64,000 bases of DNA from Antedon mediterranea (lineage: Eukaryota; Animalia; Echinodermata), in contig NC_092672.1 in NCBI RefSeq assembly GCF_964355755.1, positions 12,958,001 through 13,022,000 on the forward strand. Direction: 5' to 3'. A program made the position numbers and the translations under genes. The notes beneath the pieces are model-generated. The model was given only the letters and a program-made list of their open reading frames with translations. It searched no databases and was not told the DNA's origin. Position 1 is the stretch's first letter, and the number at the start of each line of letters is the position of its first letter. Below are positions 24,295 to 34,680 of this stretch, one piece after another.

Positions 24295-24312
24295 GGTTCT
24301 TTTGTTATGTTG
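23742..24312 (+). pseudogene. Ulp1/SENP (C48) SUMO-protease remnant
   Basis: Exon WILVPIHVPQHWILLVAHVPSKSVSVLDSL carries the catalytic His and Asp. The next exon, KQADGH[insert]CGSFVML, carries the oxyanion Gln and catalytic Cys and is disrupted by an inverted insertion. Confidence 0.75.
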
Positions 24313-25374
24313 GTACGTACTAGGTTTTTAAAATTTAGATGTATAGTGAACATCTGTAAATTATAAGATAAAACACAGAAAATAATCAACTGCATATAAA
24401 TGATTTTTTATTTCTTCTACATTTTATTATTATTATATATATTATATTATATGGTTCAGCATATTTTTTAAATATGTTTTATTTTTTGTTTTAATGTTTG
24501 TGATTGAAGAATCAAATGTTTGTTTTAATGTTCCATTCAAAGTTCAAATTAAGTTTATCTTTGTTCAACCCATTGACAGTGAATTGTTAAGGTAATGTGG
24601 CCTACAGGCAATTAACAAGATAGTGTTGGGGATTTTTAGACCATGCAATGTCGGGTTACTTTGAAGCTTATTATTTATTCTATTGTTTTGATTTTGGAAA
24701 GGTAATTGAAGGGTCAGTACTTCCAGGAGGAAAACACCACAACCCAAATCAACAATTACTAGATTCAACTAAAATGTTCCTACGACAAACAGCATCATGT
24801 GGACCAACATAAAGCCCTCAATTGAAGAATTGAAACAAAAGCACCATGAAACAAAGTATATAAACCAACTTTGCCTTGCAGCTTCTCAAAAGAAGATAAA
24901 GCAAGACATGTCAAGATTGCTGTAACCAATAAGCAATTTAGCAATGCACTGTGTCGTGGGTGTAGTTATCTATTTTGTTAAATGACATGCAGTAATTGAA
25001 TTTTAAAAAAAGATGCTGAAAGGCAAGACATCTGGCAGGAGACAACACCAGTCCAAATACATCTGAGCTCAGTGTAAACAGCCATCACCAGGCTGGCATG
25101 GTATGGATTAATATGTTGTTGGTTTCCCCTACAAAAATGGCAGAAAAATATCAAACAAAAAGTATAGGTATTTTCAGAATTTTGTCTAAACTTATGACAA
25201 ATGTACCTAAAAATAAATAAAAATCAACAAAAGAGTAGACACAATTTAAGCAATAATAAGCAGGCAACACTGTAGTATTAACCTAGACGTTTTGGAGCAT
25301 GTGTCTTCTTCTCTGCAATTAAAACAAGGTCATATACATGGCTGCAGTTGCGTGCTCAAGTTTAAATTTAGTGT

Positions 25375-25438
25375 TTCCCGACCGACCAACCGACCGACAT
25401 AGGGAGATGTAGAGTCGAGTTTGCACGCGACTAAAAAC
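25375..25438 (-). mobile_element. Helentron-associated (HINE/DINE-1-like) element end fragment
   Basis: Minus strand reads TTTTTAGTCGCG...CGACTCTA (hairpin) followed by a (GTCG/GTTG)n microsatellite. Confidence 0.5.
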
Positions 25439-26449
25439 CACTAACTGCCTTTACTCATTATATCTACAGTATTTACACTAGGCATGGCTGGGCTTTTTTG
25501 TTTGTGCAGGTATTTTTGTTGTTAAATAAATTTAATGCTTTTAGTAAACTGTTTTTAGGAGCTACTACACTATAAATTGCTTACAATATAATTTATTGTT
25601 ATTTTTTTAAAGATGGTTTTAAAACTATTTCAAATGAGAATGAAGTTGTAGAACCAGCAAGCTCCTCTACTACTTTTAGTACGGGATTACAAACAGTGGA
25701 AAATGCTTCATCTCACATGGCTTAATTTGTAAAAGAATACCAGAGTATGCAACTCTTGAAGATCAAGCAGGTAAGAAAAACGCTAAAATCAGCCTTGTCA
25801 ATTTACAGTATTTATATCATGTAATGTATGTTAAGTCCTGCTTATAAAGGCATCTGCTGCATCATAAATTATTGAATTGTTTTTATTATTTCTCAGAATG
25901 CTGCTCCTAAAAACCAAATACAAGAGGTCTAAATACGGATACAAGTTTCTCCAAAAATGGTTACAAATGGTAGACCTAATTCCACATTTTTTAATATTCT
26001 AGAAACAATACAATGTTGCAATCGTAAAATCTGGTAGATAGGCACACTAATTAATTACTATAGAGGTTGAGATGTCTCAATATAAATTATTCAATTGTCA
26101 AACTCTTCAAGAAAGTCAGACTGATCCTGTGATCACTAAATTAGACGCATCTCCTGATGCATCTGTACCATCGACAGTGACAAAGGCAACACCAAATCTT
26201 AATTAACTTAAGCCAGTCATCTACTTTATTCCAATTGCAATCAGATTGTCAGTGAAGCAGATGAAACTCCTATGGATACATATGTTGATTCTTCTTTGTT
26301 TACAACGCTGATTAGGTTAATGTCATTAAATAATATTTGTACTTTTAGTAACCAACCATACTAATTAACGACCCACCTAACTTTACAATATGTTGTCATC
26401 CAGAATGTTGTTATAACTACTACTCTCTTATATTCTACAATTTCGATAT

Positions 26450-27500
26450 AAGTTGTGGGGCCAGACGATGAAAGGAAATTCATTGGTTTGAGGAGCAGTT
26501 CCTTAGTTTATTTGTTTCATGTAGTTTTTGTCATTGCCCAATAAAACCAAAGATTGAGCACAAAACAGGAACTTGTGTTACAATTACACAAAAGGCGTCA
26601 CAATTACAAAGGTGTAAGCTTTGTAAAGGTAGACAAGAGTGCTTCAGCCAGCCCAAAATCAAAGGAACCGCAGTTGGAAACCGTCTGCTGCCATTCTGTA
26701 CTCTGGTTAAAGTGTCAAAAGATGTTGCGTGCACTTGCACATTTAACGTCTGTTCAATATCCGAAAGGACATTCTATCGGCATCAACAACAATATTTGCA
26801 CCCTAGTATATTGAATGTGTGGAAATGACAATCAGCAAGTTCTTATTTCTGCATTGAAAGCGGGATACCATTGAAGGTAATATTAAATAGTCCCCCTTTT
26901 CACCAAAAGATTGAAGAAGATTGTATACATTTAAATATTAAATAATTTTATTTATTTAACAAACAATGTATGTTGGAAACATTTTCAATGATAATTTTTT
27001 ATTTTAGGTGGGATGCTAGAATGGATAGTCTAGGGCACACAGCCAAGTTTGGTTCATACACATTGATGGATTTAAAAAGAAACAAAATTCTTTATACACA
27101 ACTAGTCTAGATAAGACTTGAGCCTCATTTAGAGACATACTATTTTCTGTACTTTATTAGTTGTTTAGAAAAACATGGTTGGCGGAAGTTACCATATGGA
27201 GTTGGCTGGGCTAAAACTAAGAGTGGCAGCAATCCAAAAAGAGAAATTTGAAATAAAAGATATTGTAACAGACCGCAACTTGCAGGTTGCCAAATGTATC
27301 CGCGAAAATTTGACAAGATGTCCAACATTACTATGATGTGTGGCATGTGGCAAAAGTTAAATTCATTTTTATGTGATATTGAATTATTTTAAAATTAGCC
27401 TACGAGATGCCATTACATGAAACAATTCTTTACATCTAGGAAAGCAAGTGCGAGCTCTTGGAAAACAGAAAGATTGTGAGATGGTGCAGCAGTGGGAAAA
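26450..27500 (+). pseudogene. Kolobok transposase remnant including the catalytic region
   Basis: ERKFI...CSFC...SQPKI...VGN...TFYRHQQQYLHP; then GDARMDSLGHTAKFGSYTLMD; MELAGL...IVTDRN.QV.K; YYDVWHVAK. Introns retained; stops and frameshifts present. Confidence 0.8.
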
Positions 27501-27631
27501 AAGTTTCCCCTACAAAAATGACTAGAAAACAAAAACATCCAACCAAAATTATAGGTATTGTCTGAATTTTGTCTAAATTTATGAGAAATTTACTCCATAA
27601 GTAAAACGAAACAGTAGACACAATTTGAGCA

Positions 27632-27760
27632 ATGATATGCAGGCACTGGCGCATGTGCCTGATGGCATTGACTGATGATATGCAGGCACTGGCGCATGTG
27701 CCTGATGGCATTGACTGATGATATGCAGGCACTGGCGCATGTGCCTGATGGCATTGACTG
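27632..27760 (+). repeat. Perfect tandem repeat, 3 x 43 bp, with an internal hairpin
   Basis: Unit ATGATATGCAGGCACTGGCGCATGTGCCTGATGGCATTGACTG at 27632, 27675 and 27718; stem CAGGCAC/GTGCCTG. Confidence 0.97.
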
Positions 27761-29740
27761 AGAAGAAAAGAGAACTGTTACTAAACAAAGCTAGAGAGCA
27801 GGCAGCAAAAGACAGGGTAGTAAAGCGGAAGACACAAAAGCAGTTACAGGAAGAAATTCTTTGTCGCCGTGAAAGAAAGGCACAACAAAATTTGGATGCT
27901 CGTCATAAGCGGTTGGTAAACCAGCTTCGCAAAGGCACCAAAAAAAACTGATGAATTCCCAGACCACAAAGAAACCATGAATTTGATCATCGATGGTGGA
28001 CTTGTGGAAGAAATGCTTGCCCATACATTTTATGACAAGAGAGATAAAGTAATGTTGTGTACCTCTGTAGGGTTGAATCATGGAATTCAAAAAAGGTTTA
28101 CACAATTGGATATTGAAAGCCACATGATGGCAAAACGTATGACGACAACGTGATTGATGACAATCAGGGCTGCTATGGATTGGCTGTTGATTACTATTTT
28201 GGTGATCTAATAATTGCATAGTCACTACAATACAATACCTGAAGGAAAAGAAACTATTGTATATTTAAATTATAAACTAAAAAATTAAGATAAAATGTTC
28301 CTACGACAAACACTCATCATGTGGACCAACAAAAAGCCCTCATTTGAAGAATTGAAGACAAAAATCAGCTACTTGACCAAGCCAATTTTTGTGGGTTTCC
28401 CCTACAAAAATGGCTGAAAAACAAAAATATCAAACAAAAAGTATTGTCTGAATTTTGTCTAAATTGTTCTATGCAATTCAAAAATATTTTTCAAAATAAC
28501 AATTATATTAATTATATTATGGACTATATTTAAGTAATAATTACATCTTTTAAATTAAGTTGAAAAAAAAACAATACACAACAATTTCTAGACCTAATGT
28601 TTTCTTATATTGTTTGTTCTTTAAATAGAGGAATTTTTTGCGTGAACTCTTCCTAGTCTATACAAGGAATGACCTGTTTACCCGAGTAAATATGCTATGG
28701 CCAGGGGAGTTCACGGCAGGTATTATAGACAAAGAAGCAAAACACACAAAGATGATTTATACAAGACTCAATAAGGATGGGAGGAAACTGAAAAGGTTTA
28801 TTCTGGAAGTATGTTGCAGCAGTGATGATTTAAAGGATGAGGCACATGGACTAAATTAGGTTACATTACCTTCAGAAAGCACTGAGAAGATCCCATGCCC
28901 ATCTGCTAGTAGTAGGGGGGCCTTTAAAAATGTACGCGTTTTTAATGTTTCACTGTTGCACTAGGCTTGCCACAACCACCAAATTTACCTGCCTCGTCCA
29001 CACATTCTCATTTCAATGATTAATATGCCTTGTCAGTAAAGATTATAAATGATGTGAGTGAGAGGATGGTGTGCGGTGATGATATATCAACAATTTATAT
29101 ATTACATTTGATTTATTATATGATGTCAAATAAGCTATTTTATACAACATATTGTTATTTGACATCATATACAACATATTGTTATGTACTTACAATAAAA
29201 ATAATTCAGGAAGGTTTATGTTTTTTATTGCTAATTCATTTCAGTAGTAAATTTATTCCCGTTTGATATTATTTGCATAGTAATAGTAATACAAGTTACT
29301 TTTACTTCTACAGACGATCTTGATGATAGAAAAGCAAGAAAGAGAAAGACTTGCGACAGTTGATGATGCGCCACCAGCACCTGTCGAGACCAAAATACAG
29401 GATGTTGCTGCTCCGAGCTGGTCAACATCATTAGTGTTAAATCAAGATATGTGCAAACCAGGCGACAACTTAACCCAAGCAACACCAAATCAACGCAAAC
29501 TGAAATCAGTGATATAAACACAATTTTAACTGAATCACCAGCAGAAATTCCTGAAAATTCACCAAACTCTGAGTCCACATCTTCATCAGAATCTGGTTAG
29601 TGATGATTATGAGCCAGCTATTTTTAGACTTTTTTTGTTGTCTTCTTAAAAGTTCAGTTGTTGCATATGTAAACAGGTGATTAATTGTGTCCATACATAC
29701 TGTAGACCTTCTCCTGCCTGTATAGACCTATAATGTATTG

Positions 29741-29982
29741 ACTTATTTGTGGAATTGGTCCCATCATCAAGGCTCCTCTGTACTCATTAAAATCCAAACG
29801 TTTAGTTTAACCATGGAGGTATAAAAAGAGGAGAGCTCGAATGTATGTAATCTGCTTAATCCAATTAACAGGATGCGGTAGCAGGAAGCCCTTTCTCACC
29901 AAGGTTAGCCGCCGCTCTAGTTCAGCCCTCTATCGTAGAGGTGGTCAGAGCCTTGAATAAACACAAACAAACACAAACAAAA
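29741..29982 (+). mobile_element. Probable SINE or LINE 3' end
   Basis: Non-coding segment ending in AATAAA plus an (ACACAAACAA)-type simple-repeat tail; no A/B boxes seen. Confidence 0.4.
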
Positions 29983-30007
29983 ATTAATTAATAACAACCT
30001 GTTTGTT

Positions 30008-30690
30008 TTGAGTACATCAGTAGCTAATGCTTTAGAAGCACAGGGCAGAACTGACACAATCAACGCAAAAATTTGTACGCTTCCTTGATCGGTTTTTTGA
30101 CTGCTTGAATGTTTCTAAGCCATGGAACCCTACCAAAAGTGTTAAGCCAACTCTTGTACCATATACATCCGTTGATGATTGGAGATTTGAGGTCAAGTTA
30201 TTTTCAAGGGATATTGAATCAAATTGACCAACCTACAGCATGATTATGTGGCATAATGTAACCTGTTTTGTCTATACAAACTCTATTTATTTAGTGGCTC
30301 GAGGGGGAATTTCTTTCATTCTTCAATGAATGGGAAGAGGAAGTAAGAACGCTGCCATATGTATCAAATGCACAAAAGAAGAAGATGTGTCTTAGCGATG
30401 CGACTGTTTATGGTATACGCATGACAGGTGAGTTTCATAAAAACAGCTAATCATGATTGTGATTGCATAAGTAAAATGCTATCAGATCTTGTCTTATAAA
30501 TTAATATATAATCATGTTACAATAAATTGTTATCTTCAGTTGCTGTGTTCCGAGGCAAAGTACATCTTACGCGAAAAACTCAATCAAGACCCACTTGAAG
30601 AGTATTTCAGCAAACAGAGAGGAGTAGGTCGATCATCCGATAATCCAACTATTGAACAGTTTGGCCACAATGAGCTGACACATTGCATAT
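30008..30690 (+). pseudogene. P-element/THAP9-type transposase remnant
   Basis: LSTSVANAL...FVRFLDRFFDCLNV...WLEGEFLSFFNEWE...LSDATVYGIRMT...KLNQDPLEEYFSKQRGVGRSSDNPT, with GT-AG introns retained. Confidence 0.85.
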
Positions 30691-30842
30691 AGTCAGCCTT
30701 ATCTATTCATGTGAGAAGAGTTTCAATTACATTGTACTAGTAAACAGACTCTCACTCAGCCTTAAAACTCTCTCTTGTATATAGTGATAGTAGTGAATAA
30801 TGTTCCATATCGTTGACTTGAATCTGTTGTCTTGTGTGTTAT

Positions 30843-32310
30843 CAGGCCTCCCAAGTCTCCCGGATCGTCCGGGAGCCTCCCGGATTTTTAACTCGTCTCC
30901 CGGGCTCCCGGTAAACATACATTTTCTCCCGGAATTATTTTTTGTTTACGTATCTCCCGGATTCCAGATATTATGTTTCATAGGCCCTACCTGTACTTTT
31001 GATTTGAATTTGATTCAATCAAGCTGTGAAAGAAAGCTTATGTGAATTAACAATAACTTTCTAAAGCAAGCAAACCTCTTTGTTTTAGGTTCTTTGTTTT
31101 GTCAATTAATATCCAAAGCCCAAGTCAAAAGAAGTCTTTTCATTCTTGTAAAATTGTTTATTTCATTTGTTTCTAACTCTGCCGAGAACGCCTGTTGTTT
31201 TGTCTGCGATCGAGAGAGCGTGACGCGACGTGTGTGAATCATAATTATGGTGGGTGGTGAGTGAACAGAAAATTTAGACCATGGCATAAAAATGAAAAAC
31301 AAATTTAATTACGCCCTAAATGTTGGGAGTGTATGTCATTTATCAATTAATTTTATTGGAGAAAAGTTATAATCAAGAAAATCTCCATAATGCCGAATCC
31401 ATCTAAGAACTGAAAATATTATTGCAGTTTTAAACCAGAGTTCACACAGTCATACCCCTGTATAATATTGAGGTCAAGGGTGAACCTTTTAAGGTCAGCT
31501 AGCTAGAGATGTACTGTGTGTGCAACGCGTGATTTTTGGTGTAAATAAATACGAAGGATTGCGTGCGGCCAAAGTGCATGTAGAAGTAAGTAAGTAGTTT
31601 TTGTGATCCTTAAACTTTAAACAATAAACAAATAATTCACTAACACTTTATTTTTTCTCCTTAGCTAGCCTAGAGGCTGTTGTAGTGTAGTACTGTAGGT
31701 AAGGTAGGATAGCTGGCCTAGCCTGTAGTAGATAAGGACCGGTGTTAAGGACCAGGACGATTGGGCCTGTAAATAACAACTTATCTTGGGCCTACTAGGC
31801 CTAATAAATAATCAGCCTAGCCTAGCCTATCTCCTAAACATTTTTCCAATGATAAAGTGATAATGATCCTATGAAAATGTTTGTTTTGTAACACTACTGT
31901 TGACACTTTTGTTTAGGGAGTATAAACATGCAGAGGCAGTGCAGCTTCAGTAAATTCTTGAAGTTGAAAGGAGCTTTTTAGGAGAAGTACAATGGATTCC
32001 GTAGATCAACAATTATTGAATGCAGATGTACTTTTTACATCAATGATAGTTGAGCATAGCCTCAAACAAGAAAACCAGCTATACTATATAGTAAAGCTAT
32101 AAAGAGATAACATTTAGATTATTATATGTAAATTTAATACTGTATGGGATAGAGATGATTAAATGTATTTTTATTGTACTTTTTAATATGTGTTTTCATA
32201 TTGTAATGTTGTTCGCGCGTTTGCAGCAAGGCGCCATTTCACCGCAATACCAAATTTAACTTTCACGACAAAATCTCCAGGAATTTGACTTCTACAACTT
32301 GGGACCCCTG
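30843..32310. mobile_element. Non-autonomous hAT element with a 6-bp TSD (hAT6-like)
   Basis: Imperfect TIRs CAGGCCTCCCAAGT / ACTTGGGACCCCTG; TGTTAT at 30837-30842 and 32311-32316; subterminal CTCCCGG repeats. Confidence 0.75.
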
Positions 32311-32556
32311 TGTTATTTTGGACTACACATATATCATCCAGTTTTTAATACCATACAGAATGGTATTGGTGGCATAGTCATGCCATGTCTTAATTTCCTA
32401 CTGTACTTAACCACTTAAACTGTCTATTTTTTTTTATAAGTTATTGTGTAAGGCATGCAATCTTACACTATTTTCAAGTTGTCTTTCCGATTATGTTTGT
32501 TTTAGCAGTTTCTTGTACACAATAATGCATGAAGCATCTGCATTTGCTTGCAATCG

Positions 32557-34680
32557 CAGGGCTGCAAATTAACTTTTTTACTTGGTAGCACTATCAAATT
32601 TGTATGATGGCTCATAATAATTTTTGGTAGCACCACCAATTTTTTTAGTAGCACCTTTTCATCGACAACAACCCCCTTCCCTCAAACCCCAAACCCCATC
32701 CGCACAGATCCGTTTTTAGTTTAGTTGGGGGGGGGGGGGGAGGTATAAAAATAAAAGCCCCCCCCCCCCCCAAGTGCTGGGGGGGGGGATTTAAGTAATT
32801 ATAGGTTGTTTCAATCGATTTCTGAGCACATAAATTGAGTTATGCACATTTTAGGCACTGGTACTGATGCGCCACTTATATTCACGCAAGATTTATTCTT
32901 TTTACGGTACGGAAAGAAATTACTGCTTTGTATATACGCGTAACCTTTCGTAGCCTACGCGTAAATAGACCGTAGGTCATTGTTCTCTAAACGTATCCTG
33001 CAATTTACAAAGTATTGTTCGTTGCCTACGATGTATTGTTTATGATAATATCTACGCGTCGATACACCAATGCCATCGCCTTTAGGAGCATGAACAATGG
33101 AAACAAACATGTATTTGTTGGCTAATTAAAATCCTAGTAGAAGACGTTAATTTTTGTAGCCGCCCTACACATCGGTTGTCCTAATTTGGCAGGACATCCG
33201 CCGACGAGACGACATCGGGCCCGAGGCCCTCAGCTCACGCAGAGAGAGTTTCGGCGGCCTACATGATTCAATCCGGCCATTCAATCCTACCTTGGTTTAG
33301 CGAATTATAAAAACAACAACACCTTGGCTAGGACGCAAACAAAATATATGCAAAATAAATATATATTCCATGTTAAGATTTAACATAGGCCTTTGTAAAT
33401 TATTATTACGATAAAAGGCCCGACCAGAATTTGGAGGGAAAAAACGTGCGAATCGTGGGAACAGTTTATAGAGCTGTATTACGTTTCATGTGACGCAAAA
33501 TTCAGGTACAAGTACTCTGTTTTGTAGCCACGTGGTAAAACAGAGTATCGCGTTTCATGACATGTGACCAGAAAACTAGGTCTGTATTAATTACGGTCTT
33601 CTGTCGGCAGTCTTTTTGAGCGACCGATTGAACGTTCTGATACTATATTTAGAATGAATTGTTTACGATCTTTTTGTTTGCATGTTTTTGGATCGACTGG
33701 ACGTTCGCTATATTATTTTTATTAGTTGGCATAGTTCATTGTGTTGGATCGTGTCTCGTATACGTTTACATTGTAGGAAATTTATATTCACCGTTGTTGA
33801 GAGTAAACAAACACACACGAATGAAACATTACGAATAAAAAATATTATATTATATATTTCTTAGTAATGTACAAATTGGTCCTCCTCCGCCAGTCAAAAT
33901 TAACACATTAAATAATAATTTTCACACCTTGTTACTTACTATAGAACATCGTAACCTACAAAGCCAACAACGTAGCCTGTTTTATCTACGAAGCTACTTC
34001 GTAGGAAAAGCTGCGGTATTTTCTCTGATATATAATTTTCGATAATCAGAATCTGGAATAAAGTATTAAATCTACTGATAAACAATACTGCTGTTTAATC
34101 TATATAATGAATAGATATTATTATATATATCATTAATTACATTATTTAGTAATCATGATATAACCATTATACTGCCTAAAAAATGCTGATGGCTGCGCGG
34201 CGACAATCCTTAGTATCTGCCGCGCCCGCCCTGGCTAACTTCTGTGTACGGCGGTACAATTGTTTTTTTATATTCCTTCTTTAAAACGGAGGTGATTTTC
34301 CACGAGGTTTGTGTCGTCCGCGCGTCACACTGTGCTGTGTATTTGGTGTCTTTTTGTGTGATTGGGTAAGGCAGCATACAATAAATGGACGAACTTCCAA
34401 TCACAACAAGTGTAAAATGTTTAGGGGCTTTGTACGCTTGAATGAACCTGACTCCTTTGCGGCGGCGGTGACTAGTGGAAACTCCTGAGCCTTCCGTAGA
34501 GTAGAGAGAGATTAAATTACAACACAGTTAAATAGGGAAAACACACCTGACTTCAATTTGAAACAACTCGCACAAGCAGACGATCTTGTCGCGCTATGCG
34601 CGACCTATTCTGTTGCTTTAGTCGCAAACAGAAAAATTAGGTCGCAAATGCGACCAAATACCCCTTAATTTGCAGCCCTG
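32557..34680. mobile_element. Non-autonomous hAT element with a 5-bp TSD (hAT5-like)
   Basis: Perfect 16-bp TIRs CAGGGCTGCAAATTAA; AATCG at 32552-32556 and 34681-34685; subterminal (G)TAGCAC and GTCGCA repeats. Confidence 0.85.

Noticed and set aside
27632-27760. CRISPR-like array (palindromic 43-bp repeats); likewise the 62-bp repeats at 11035-11229
   Set aside because: Units are head-to-tail with no unique spacers, there are no cas genes, and the context is eukaryotic.
1-30700. A single intact giant virus or Polinton element
   Set aside because: No polB, capsid, packaging ATPase or enclosing termini were recognised; the pieces come from unrelated superfamilies and are pseudogenised.
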